Origin: an uncultured bacterium
GTDB lineage: Bacteria; Verrucomicrobiota; Verrucomicrobiia; Limisphaerales; UBA8199
Direction: 5' to 3'
Length of the DNA stretch: 64,000 bases
Assembly: GCA_963749495.1 (NCBI GenBank)
Contig: CAVVMW010000018.1
Location: forward strand, 32,001-96,000
In this document: positions 43,691 to 52,367 of the stretch, piece by piece
Position numbering within the stretch: position 1 is the stretch's first letter
Layout: each line of letters begins with the position of its first letter
Program-made: the position numbers and the translations under genes
The notes under the pieces: model-generated
What the model was told of the DNA's origin: nothing
Seen by the model: the letters and a program-made list of their open reading frames with translations, nothing else
Databases searched by the model: none

Positions 43691-43828
43691 ATGCTGTAAA
43701 GAAGAATATGTGTAATGATTTTGGGGTGTGGGCGGTTGATGTGCATTGTTACGCCTATAATAAGGCAAATAATAGGGTTGACACGGAGCCGGAGACGCCA
43801 CTATACTCACATAAACTAGTTCACATAA
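43672..43828 (+). promoter_or_regulatory. Internal sigma70 promoter with operator-like repeats
   Basis: TTGACA (43778-43783), 18-bp spacer, TATACT (43802-43807). TGTAAAG..GAATATGTG twice at 23-bp period; TCACATAA twice (43807, 43821). Confidence 0.65.
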
Positions 43829-43845
43829 GCCCACCCCCATCCTTT

Positions 43846-44349
43846 ATGCCAACGGCTCCATCCCACGACGCCAAGCACCAAGCCCTCCAAACCAGCCATA
43901 CCCTGCATCCCCACCCCGACAAAGTCCGCCACCCCCTCTTTGTCCCCGGCGGCTTCTTTGATGCCCGCGACCTCCTTCAAGTCAAATATGAGGCCCTGCG
44001 CGCCCTCCGCGCCGAAGGCTGGTCCTTGAGCCGCGCCGCCCGAGATTTCGGGCTGTCGCGACCCACGGTTTACCAAACCAAACACCTCTTCGCCCTCCAG
44101 GGCCTGGAGGGTCTGGTGCCTCGCAAGCCGGGACCCAAAACCGCTCATAAATTCACCCCCGAGGTTTTGGGCTTTCTCCAAGCCAGGCGCGCCCAGCAAC
44201 CGGCGATCTCGGCGGAGCAGTGGGCCCGACAGGTCCAGCAACGCTTCCGGCTCACCATCCATCCCCGGAGCATTGAACGCGCCTTGGTTGGCCACCAAGA
44301 AAAAAGGGGGCGACACAACCCACCGCCCTCAACACCCCAAAATCCATGA
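43846..44349 (+). CDS. Helix-turn-helix protein of the LSR element
   Basis: FFDARDLLQVKYEALR, AA..FGLSRPTVYQ, GL.GL.PRKPGPK.AHK, IHPRSIERAL. Confidence 0.85.
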   Translation: MPTAPSHDAKHQALQTSHTLHPHPDKVRHPLFVPGGFFDARDLLQVKYEALRALRAEGWSLSRAARDFGLSRPTVYQTKHLFALQGLEGLVPRKPGPKTAHKFTPEVLGFLQARRAQQPAISAEQWARQVQQRFRLTIHPRSIERALVGHQEKRGRHNPPPSTPQNP

Positions 44350-44624
44350 CCGACCTCAGCTCGCCACAATGGCCCCAACGCTACGAGGATTTGCGCGCGC
44401 ACACCCTGGGCTCCCAGGCCACGCTCCACCCCCAAGCCTGGGCATGGGTGGTGTTCGCCCAGCAGGGTATGCGTGGCTGGATGCGCGCCTGGCAGGATCC
44501 GCTGCGCCCTGCCGGCCAGCGGGCCCAGCCAGCCCCCACCCTCAATCCCTCGCTCAACACCAGCCCCCAGGCCACGGTGCTTCTAGCCAACAGGACCCTG
44601 CGTTGCCTGGGCCTTTCTTTATGA
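44346..44624 (+). CDS. Small hypothetical protein of the LSR element
   Basis: RYEDLR...QGMRGWMRAW; ATGA overlaps with both neighbours. Confidence 0.7.
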   Translation: MTDLSSPQWPQRYEDLRAHTLGSQATLHPQAWAWVVFAQQGMRGWMRAWQDPLRPAGQRAQPAPTLNPSLNTSPQATVLLANRTLRCLGLSL

Positions 44625-46664
44625 ACCCCGAACCCAAAGTCACCCCCGAGCATCTGAAACGAACCGCTTGCCTTTGCATGCGCCAGTCCACCTTGCGGCA
44701 GGTGCTCGAGCATGGCGAAAGCGCCCGCCGTCAATGTGCGCTGCGGCAACGCGCCGTGGCGCTGGGCTGGGGTGAAGGCCAAATCATCGTGGTGGACGGC
44801 GACACCGCCCATAGCGCTGCTTGCGCCGCCGGCCTGGCAGGACTTCCAGCAACTGGTGGCCGAGGTGGGCTTGGGTCATGCCGGTCTGGTGATGGGCTTG
44901 GAGGTTTCGCGTCTGGCCCGTAACTGCAGCGACTGGCACCGGCTCCTGGAGTTGTGCGCGCTGAGCAATACCCTCATCCTGGACGAGGAGGGCCTCTATG
45001 ACGCCAATCAGTTCAATGACCGCCTGCTGCTGGGCTTGAAAGGCGCCATGAGCGAAGCGGAGTTGCACCTCATCAAAGGCCGGCTCCAAGGGGCGATTCT
45101 GAGCAAGGCCCGGCGTGGCGAGTTGAAGTTGCCCTTGCCCTCAGGGCTGGTTTACAGCCCCGATGAGCGGGTCATCTTGGACCCGGACCAGCAGGTGCAG
45201 CAGGCGGTCAAACACTTCTTCCAGAGTTTTGGGCGTGCCGGCTCGGCCAGGTCCACAGTGCAACTTTTTCGGCGCCAAGCCCTGCTGTTTCCTCACCGCC
45301 ACCAGGCCGGCTCGGGCGAGCTGCAGTGGGACCCACTCACGCAGTCCCGAGCGTTGGCGGTGCTCCGCAATCCGGGGTGTGCGGGCGCCTATGCCTTCGG
45401 CCGCACGCGGACGCGTCACACGCCCCAGGGCGGGGTCAGTTGCCGGCGCTTGCCGGCCGACCAATGGCGAGTGCTCATTAAAGACGCCCACCCGGCTTAC
45501 ATTACCTGGGAGCAGTACGAGCAAAACGTGCAACGGATCCGCAGCAATGCCCAGGCCTATGGAGCCGACCGCAGGCAAAGTCCCGCCCGAGAAGGTTGCG
45601 CGCTGCTCCAAGGACTGGTCCTGTGCGGCCGTTGCGGGGGGCGCATGACCGTGAATTACCACCAGCGCCAGGGCCGGCCGGTGCCCGCTCACCTCTGCCA
45701 ACGCCAATGCCTTGAGAGCGGAAAAACCCTCTGCCAGTACATACCTGGGCCTGCCATTGACCAGGCGCTCAGCAAGCTGGTTCTGGAAAGCGTGGCGCCG
45801 CTTTCCCTGGAGGTCGCTTTGAACGTGCAACAGGAGCTCCAAAACCGCCTGCAGGACGTGGATCGTCTGCGCCAACAACAAGTCCAGCGGGCCAGTTATG
45901 AGGCGGAGCAGGCCCAGCTTCGCTACATGCGCGTGGACCCCAACAACCGCCTGGTGGCCAACACTTTGGAGGCGGATTGGAACAACAAACTGCGCGCCTT
46001 GACCCAGGCCCAACAGGAATACGAGAAGCACCGCCAGACTGACCAGCACAAGCTGAGCGAAGAGCAACGGGCACAAGTGCTGAACCTGGCCTGCGACTTC
46101 CCCAAATTATGGCAGTCACCCACCACCACCGACAAGGACCGCAAACGCATGGCCCGATTGCTCCTGGAGGATGTAACCCTGCTGCGCGGCCAGGATCTGA
46201 GCGTGCAAGTCCGTTTCAAGGGCGGCGCCACCCGGTGCTTGAACCTGCCACTGCCCCTCAGGGGTGGCCAAGCGCGCCTCACCGAACCGGGGCTCTTGCA
46301 CGAGATCGACCAGTTGCTGGATCAGTTTACCGAAGCACAACTGGCGGCGCAGCTTAACCAGAGGGGCTGTTGCTCTTCGCTCAAGCGCCCGTTCTCGGCG
46401 AAACTCGTTGGAAGCTTGTGCCGCTGCCACCATTTCAAGACCCGCCACCAACGGTTGCAGGACAGAGGGCTCTTGGATTCGCGCGCCATCGCGGCGTTGA
46501 TCGGCACCAGGCCCAACCTGGTGGGCTATTGGCGCCAGCAAGGCTTGCTCCAGGGAGTCCTGCTGAATGAAAGGAATGAATATATGTATGAACGGCCGGG
46601 TCCGCAAGTAGTCGAACAAATCAAAATGCGCGTTCGTTTGAAACCCACCGAGGCCCAGTCTTAG
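44621..46664 (+). pseudogene. Large serine recombinase (resolvase, recombinase, Zn-ribbon), frameshift near 44830, degenerate catalytic motifs
   Basis: RQST.RQV, LEVSRLARN..DWHRLLE, NDRLLLGLKG.MSEAEL, AHPAYITWE, ALLQGLV.CGRCG, VDP.NRLVA..LEADWN. Confidence 0.88.
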
Positions 46665-47074
46665 ATCGCCCTAATGAGTGTGCAGTATGAAACCTTCGCT
46701 TTGGCCTGCAATAGAGAATGTGCGATGGACCCAGGGCGGCGGCCCGCCTGCGCTGCGCTCCGGCGGGCCTTGCCCTGGGCTGGTATGATTCAGGCCTTCG
46801 GCCTGAACGCCAGAGTGCCAACCCCAGGCCCGGCATCAGGGAGAGCACCAAGCGACGTATATATGGGCCCCACATACGTAGGCACCATGAATCCGCGCAA
46901 ATCACAGGGTTCGAAGGATTTCGTCATGCACCCCCGCGCCCGGCCTCCAGGGGGCTTCCCGACACTGCCCCCGCTCCCCGGAGCGCGCTGAATAAAAAGG
47001 CCGTCGGCTCCGACTATAGGGTAACGACAAGCAGAGCGCGGCGAGATGCGCAGATCTCTGAGATCTCACCGCAC

Positions 47075-47103
47075 TTGACCCCGGGCAGGCGCCTGGATAG
47101 CAT
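47075..47103 (+). promoter_or_regulatory. Putative sigma70 promoter of the prepilin gene
   Basis: TTGACC-17-TAGCAT, 20 bp upstream of the ATG at 47124. Confidence 0.4.
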
Positions 47104-47123
47104 CGGACCGCATAGGTGAGAAA

Positions 47124-48008
47124 ATGAGCGCGACGAATCTTTTCTCTCGCCTTCGGGCAGGGCTCTCCGGCAGCAGATCGCCATCTCCATGCCGGTTCTC
47201 AAGCGCACATCGCATCGCCGGCTTCACACTGATCGAACTGCTGGTGGTCATAGCCATCATCTCAATCCTGGCCAGCATGTTGCTTCCGGCGCTGGTCCGC
47301 GGCAAAGAACGGGCGCGGGAGGTCCAGTGTCTGAATAACCTGCACCAAATCGGGTTGTTGACCAAGATGCTTTGGGACGATGCGGGCGGGAAGATGACTT
47401 ATGTCTCGGGCGGGCGCGATCCTGTGACCGCGTGCCTGGCGACCAATTACGGCTGGGCGCGCGACCGGAAGCTCTTCCCCTATCTGAGGACCTCCGAGGT
47501 GTTCCGTTGTCCGGTGGACAAAGGGAAGATCAGCCAGGATTGCCATCTCCACCCTGCGCAAACGTTGCTGCCCTCCTGCTGGGAGACGCGCGGGTTCAGC
47601 TACGAGATGAACCTGGGCACGCCCGACGGGATACCCCTCCCTTCCACGCGCCTGCCCGTGGCGGGGAGCATCGAGGGCCAGGTCGAGGCCTGGGTCCCCT
47701 ACCCGGTGCGGTTCATCCTGTTTTACGAACCGCCCGCCGCGGTGCAGGTCTGTCATGCACGGCCCCCGCTCTTCCCGCCGCATTGGTACCAGTGGCACCG
47801 CGGCCGCGTCCTGAGCCGCTTCCTGGACCCGCGCCTGGCCCCCGGCCTGTTTTTTTCGCCGATCCTGTTTATGGACGGACACGCCAAAGTCCACAATTTC
47901 ACGCAGGCGCTGTGCACCGATCCCTACTATCCCTACGAGGCGACCCGGGACTGGATGTGGTACAAGCCTCTCCAGCAAACGGCGAGCGCGGCCAACAGCC
48001 AGCCATGA
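47124..48008 (+). CDS. Prepilin-type N-terminal cleavage/methylation protein (H-X9-DG-like)
   Basis: [47 protein letters not shown]. Confidence 0.88.
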   Translation: MSATNLFSRLRAGLSGSRSPSPCRFSSAHRIAGFTLIELLVVIAIISILASMLLPALVRGKERAREVQCLNNLHQIGLLTKMLWDDAGGKMTYVSGGRDPVTACLATNYGWARDRKLFPYLRTSEVFRCPVDKGKISQDCHLHPAQTLLPSCWETRGFSYEMNLGTPDGIPLPSTRLPVAGSIEGQVEAWVPYPVRFILFYEPPAAVQVCHARPPLFPPHWYQWHRGRVLSRFLDPRLAPGLFFSPILFMDGHAKVHNFTQALCTDPYYPYEATRDWMWYKPLQQTASAANSQP

Positions 48009-48598
48009 GCGCCACTCTGGAAAACGCGGCAACCATCCGCGAACAGCATCTGCAGACACTGGCGCCGTTCTGCCGCGCCCTGGACCAGGCCCTGAGCGCG
48101 CAGGAACTGCCCCCGGACCAGGCACTCGACATCTGGCGCACAAATGTGAGCGGCGTGTGTGTGTGCTGCGGCACCATCATCTCCGGCGACGACCTGTTCG
48201 GGCTGTCGCAGACGCTGGAGGGTCCGTATCCCAGCGCCCCGCTCCAGCGGCTGAGCCTCGGCTATTGCCCGCACCCCGGGTGCGAATCCTTTTTCTGCCG
48301 GCTGACGTTCCGCAAACACGAGAAGGTCGATTGGCCGGCGTTGCTCGAGCGGGCCGAGGCCCTCATGGGGGAACCCGGAAGACCGGCCGGAAAGCTGCGG
48401 GCGGCGGATTACCTCAAAGGCTTCTTGAGCCTGGGCCTGACGCGCCGGATCGGCATCGGCCTGGCGCTGCTCATCGTGTTGCTCCTGGTCCGGCAATGGT
48501 ACGGCGGCGGGCGCATCCCCTGGGTTCGCGAACCGGAGCGATTCCGCGTGGATCCGGCACCGGAGACCAACGAGCCTGCCGAGCATGGCGCGCACTGA
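48005..48598 (+). CDS. Hypothetical protein with Cys clusters and a C-terminal TM helix
   Basis: CVCCG and GYCPHPGC motifs; [20 protein letters not shown] overlap with the prepilin gene. Confidence 0.7.
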   Translation: MSATLENAATIREQHLQTLAPFCRALDQALSAQELPPDQALDIWRTNVSGVCVCCGTIISGDDLFGLSQTLEGPYPSAPLQRLSLGYCPHPGCESFFCRLTFRKHEKVDWPALLERAEALMGEPGRPAGKLRAADYLKGFLSLGLTRRIGIGLALLIVLLLVRQWYGGGRIPWVREPERFRVDPAPETNEPAEHGAH

Positions 48599-48650
48599 GG
48601 GGCCGCAGAACACGCGCAAGACGCAGAATCCCGAACGTGGAAGTTGACGT

Positions 48651-49793
48651 TTACTCCACCAGCTTCCATCCGCCATTTTCGACCCTGACGATGACCATCG
48701 AGTCAACGCCCAGGCCGCAATGGTCCTGGGGGGAGAGGTTGTAGATGCCGCTCACGCCGACGTAATCCCTGGTGCTCTCGATGGCCGCGCGCAAGGCGGC
48801 TGGTTCGGTGCCGGCCTTCTCCATCGCCTTGAACACCAATTGCACCGCGTCCCACGCGTAACCCGAGTGCGTGCTCAGGTTCTTGAGTCCGTGGCGGTCG
48901 TATTCCTTGATGAAATCCAGCACCACCGGGCGCTGGGGGTCGCTGGGCGAGAGCTGGTCGCCGGCCATGAGCTTGGTGGCGGGCATGGCGGTGCCGTTGG
49001 CGGCATCGGCTGCCAGCTTGATGTAATTGGGGTCGGGCTGCCCGTGGCATTGAAAGAGCGGGACGGTCAGGGCCGCTTGCCGGGCGTTCCTGGCGATGAT
49101 GGCGCCCGCAGGCCCGATCGTCCAGACGACAAGGGCGTCGGGTTTTGCGGCGGCGACCTTGGCGAGCTGGACGGTCATATCGATGTCATTGGGGTCGAAC
49201 GATTCCTGGGCGACGATTTGGAGGCCGAACCTTGGGGCCAGTTGCTTGAGGTAGGTCTCTCCTTCCTGGCCGAATTTGTCGGAGGCGGTGAGCGCGCCGA
49301 GCCTGGCGAGGCCCCGGGCCTTGAGATGGGCAAAGAGCCGTTCGACGGCGGTGCTGGTGCGCTGGGGCGTTTTGAAGACCCACTGGCGCGGGGGAGTGAC
49401 CGGCGCATCGCCGCCCACGCACGCCACCATGGGGATGCCGCTCTGCTCGATCGTGCTCAGGCACGCCATGGCCGCGCCGGTCGTCGTGGGGCCGATGACC
49501 GCGACGACCTTGTCTTTGCCCAGCAACCGCTTGAGCGCCACCACCGCCTGGGACGGCTCACTCTGGGTGTCCGCGATGACCAGCTCGATCGGCCGCCCCC
49601 TGAGCCCGCCTTGCCGGTTGAGACGCTCGACCACCATCCGGGCCACGTCCTTGGTGACCGAGCCGATGGCCTGGGCCTTGCCGGAGAGATCGAACAAGCC
49701 GCCGATTTTGATGGTGTCCGCGCCCGGCGCGGCGCCGGCCAGTCCCGCCGCCAGCATTGTGTTGAGCGCAAACAGTCTAGCGATTCTCGTCAT
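48651..49793 (-). CDS. livK: Branched-chain-amino-acid-type ABC substrate-binding protein
   Basis: Signal peptide; IKIG..FDLSG, G..GRPIEL...DT.S.P, VIGP, WVFKTP, G.SG.YN.SP.DH.GL. Confidence 0.88.
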   Translation of the reverse strand: MTRIARLFALNTMLAAGLAGAAPGADTIKIGGLFDLSGKAQAIGSVTKDVARMVVERLNRQGGLRGRPIELVIADTQSEPSQAVVALKRLLGKDKVVAVIGPTTTGAAMACLSTIEQSGIPMVACVGGDAPVTPPRQWVFKTPQRTSTAVERLFAHLKARGLARLGALTASDKFGQEGETYLKQLAPRFGLQIVAQESFDPNDIDMTVQLAKVAAAKPDALVVWTIGPAGAIIARNARQAALTVPLFQCHGQPDPNYIKLAADAANGTAMPATKLMAGDQLSPSDPQRPVVLDFIKEYDRHGLKNLSTHSGYAWDAVQLVFKAMEKAGTEPAALRAAIESTRDYVGVSGIYNLSPQDHCGLGVDSMVIVRVENGGWKLVE

Positions 49794-49839
49794 GGTGTTC
49801 TTTAGTTTTAAGGGACGAAAGGGACGTGCTCGCGCCGCG

Positions 49840-50385
49840 TCACGGCAACCCGACTTGTTTTGGAAACGCCGGGCAGAGGCGCGAGGCCTGGAGGGGCCCG
49901 GCGGCGCCGGCGGCGAGGAAGGTCATTGCCCCGGAGGCGGCGCACAGCCACACCTCTTTGGCGCCGGCATCGAAATAGAGCGCCGTCTTCTCCCGGACTT
50001 CCGCTCGGGTATTGGACGGTGAGAGCACTTCAGCACAGATCTCCGGCGCTTGCGGGAAGCAGGCGCGGTTGCCCAGTGAGCGCATCCGTTCCGGTGAGGC
50101 CCAGGCGACGTCAGCCACCTTCACGCCGTCGGCCGTCGAAATTGGGCACTCGGTCAAGACACGTCCACGGGGCATGAGATTCGCGAGCAGATGTCCTATC
50201 CAAGCTTGGAAGCTTCCATGTGCGGGTGGGGGAGGCGGGCTCATGATGATATGGCCGTGGCGATCGGTTTCGATGCGGCCTTGGATCTTCGCCAGTTCGG
50301 TATCGGCGACCAACTCGGCCCAGCGGCGCAGGTTCAACCTCGTTTGGGCCTCGTGTGGCGGTAGTTCGATCGTCAGCGTTGCCAT
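49840..50385 (-). CDS. Uma2 family endonuclease inside the liv cluster
   Basis: RIETDRHGHIIMSPPP, ECPISTADGVKVADVAW, APEICAEVLSPSNT, LYFDAGAKEVW. Confidence 0.9.
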   Translation of the reverse strand: MATLTIELPPHEAQTRLNLRRWAELVADTELAKIQGRIETDRHGHIIMSPPPPPAHGSFQAWIGHLLANLMPRGRVLTECPISTADGVKVADVAWASPERMRSLGNRACFPQAPEICAEVLSPSNTRAEVREKTALYFDAGAKEVWLCAASGAMTFLAAGAAGPLQASRLCPAFPKQVGLP

Positions 50386-50516
50386 GGGAGCAGAATAGGA
50401 CCCCGGCGCAAATTGTTCAATCCTGGAATCGAGCTGATCCCTCGCCGGGGCGTATCTCACCTTTCTCGGCCTTCGGCAAGCCTGACTATTGGAGCGGGCG
50501 TCGGGAAGCCCGCCAG

Positions 50517-50596
50517 GTTTTGGACTGCGCCAGTCCTCTGGCGCTTTGGCGTCCCCAGGGGTCCGAAAAGCGGCAGAGGACTGCCGCAGTCCAAAA
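50517..50596. repeat. REP family A copy
   Basis: Same inverted arms as the other family A copies. Confidence 0.9.
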
Positions 50597-50688
50597 CGCT
50601 TCGCGACTTCGGACGCCCGCTCCAACCGCCCGGTTCGGCCGGGCTCGGCAAAGGTGAGATGCGCCCCCCTCACCGGCCGGATTACGGC

Positions 50689-51405
50689 TCACACACCCAA
50701 GTAGGCCTTCCTGACTTCGTCCGAGCGGGCCACATCGGAGGCGGGGCCTTCCATGACCACGCGCCCGGTTCTCATCACGTAGGCGCGGTCGGCGGCTTCC
50801 AGGGCGCGGCTCACGTGTTGTTCGGCGAGGATGAGGGCAAGGCCCGCCTGCTTGAGGTCCTTGATTTTCCGAAAGACCTCGTCCACCAGGAGCGGGGCCA
50901 GGCCGGTCGAGGGCTCGTCCAGGAGCAGGACCTCCGGCTCGCCCACAAGCGCCCGCGCCAGGGCCAGCATCTGCTGCTGGCCGCCGCTGAGGCTGCCGGC
51001 GCTTTGGGCCAGCTTCGGAACCAGGGCGGGAAAGCCGGCGCACACCGCCTCGATGCGCCGGACCAGGCCCCGTCCGCGCAACCGCCGGGCGTAGCCCCCC
51101 ATCCTCAGGTTCTCCAGCACGCTCATGCCGGGGAAAAGCCCGCGCCCCTCCGGGACCAGCGTCAACCCCGCGGCCGCTATCCGGTTGGCGGACCGGCCGG
51201 CCATTTCCCTGCCTTTGAGCAGGACACGTCCCTCGGCGGGCGTGAGCAGGCCGGCGATGGTCTTGAGCAAGGTGCTCTTGCCCGAACCGTTGCCGCCAAC
51301 CAGCGCAATGACCTCACCCGGGCAGGCCCGCAACGATACCCCATCGATGACCCGCAACGAACCGTAGCCGGAGATGAGGTGGACGACCTTAAGGAGGCTA
51401 TTCAC
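50689..51405 (-). CDS. livF: ABC ATP-binding protein LivF-type (original start displaced by a MITE)
   Basis: GGNGSGKST, VPEGRGLF, LSGGQQQML, LLLDEPS.GLAP, AEQ. Confidence 0.9.
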   Translation of the reverse strand: MNSLLKVVHLISGYGSLRVIDGVSLRACPGEVIALVGGNGSGKSTLLKTIAGLLTPAEGRVLLKGREMAGRSANRIAAAGLTLVPEGRGLFPGMSVLENLRMGGYARRLRGRGLVRRIEAVCAGFPALVPKLAQSAGSLSGGQQQMLALARALVGEPEVLLLDEPSTGLAPLLVDEVFRKIKDLKQAGLALILAEQHVSRALEAADRAYVMRTGRVVMEGPASDVARSDEVRKAYLGV

Positions 51406-51582
51406 GATAACATGGACACTATCGCGCCGGGATTTTGACCGCTGGCGAGGCGCGAGCGAGGAGCATACCCGAAGCGGTCTGTAACGAGCGAGCAACGACC
51501 CGTCCGCCGTAGCTTTAGCGAAGGCGGAAGCCAGCGGTCAAAAGACCAAGCGAGAGTGTTCATGTTATTGTGAATGGCCTCC
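51393..51582. mobile_element. 190-bp MITE with 33-bp imperfect terminal inverted repeats and a TAA target duplication
   Basis: GGAGGCTATTCACGATAACATGGACACTATCGC ... GCGAGAGTGTTCATGTTATTGTGAATGGCCTCC; TAA at 51390-51392 and 51583-51585. Confidence 0.82.
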
Positions 51583-52367
51583 TAAGCATCCGGCGCCTCC
51601 TGCCCCAGGTAGGCGGTGCGGACCGCCGGCTCGGCGCGCACCTGCGCGGGTGTGCCGTCGGCTATCACCCGGCCCTGGTCGAGCACGATCACCCGCTCCG
51701 CCAGGTCCATGACCAGCCCCATGTCGTGCTCCACGAGCAGGACCGTCAGCCCGCGGCCGTGAATCCGTTTGATGAGCGCGCCCAACCGGGACGTCTCGGC
51801 CGCGTTGAGGCCCGCCGCCGGCTCATCCAGCAGCAGCAGCCTGGGCCCAGGCGCCAGCGCCCGCGCCACCTCGACCAGGCGCTGCTGGCCGAAGGGTATC
51901 TCCCCCGCCGGCCGGTCCCCCAGGTGCGCCACACCAACGTCGTCCAGCAGGTAATACGCCCGCTTCATCCGCAGCCGCTCGGCCTCCACGCAACCGGGCA
52001 GCCGCAGCACCCCGCGCCAGAAGCTCAACCCGCCCATGCCCGTCAGGACGTTTTCCAGCACCGACATCTCATGGAAAAGGCGCACGTTTTGGAACGTCCG
52101 CCCGATGCCCAGGGCGCAGGCCCAAGCCGCGTCGCGCACCGGCCGGTCGCGGAAGAGAATCCGGCCCGAGCTGGGCGGCAGCGCGCCGGCTATCAGGTTG
52201 AAGAGAGTTGTTTTGCCCGCCCCGTTCGGCCCGATGACCGCCGCCAGCGAACCTTGCGCCACCTCCAGCGAGACCCGGTCCACCGCCCTGTGCCCGCCAA
52301 AATGCCGGCTGGCCTCCCGGACCCGGAGCAGCGGAGTGTCTGTGTTCTGGGCGTCCATCGTTTTCAT
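51582..52367 (-). CDS. livG: ABC ATP-binding protein LivG-type
   Basis: IGPNGAGKTTLFN, RTFQNVRLF, LLLDEPAAGLN, LVEHDM, V..AYLG. Confidence 0.92.
   Translation of the reverse strand: MKTMDAQNTDTPLLRVREASRHFGGHRAVDRVSLEVAQGSLAAVIGPNGAGKTTLFNLIAGALPPSSGRILFRDRPVRDAAWACALGIGRTFQNVRLFHEMSVLENVLTGMGGLSFWRGVLRLPGCVEAERLRMKRAYYLLDDVGVAHLGDRPAGEIPFGQQRLVEVARALAPGPRLLLLDEPAAGLNAAETSRLGALIKRIHGRGLTVLLVEHDMGLVMDLAERVIVLDQGRVIADGTPAQVRAEPAVRTAYLGQEAPDA

Larger units (their letters stand above)
43379..46700 (+). mobile_element. Four-gene large serine recombinase integrative/IS-like element (DUF5372-like, HTH, small ORF, LSR) inserted in a REP hairpin
   Basis: TTGG at both junctions (43375-43378, 46701-46704); the flanks rejoin to the intact repeat seen at 12311-12491; gene content. 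Confidence 0.9.

Noticed and set aside
43375..46704. TTGG as a DDE-type target site duplication
   Set aside because: The element has no DDE transposase or perfect terminal IRs; a shared crossover core of a serine recombinase fits better.
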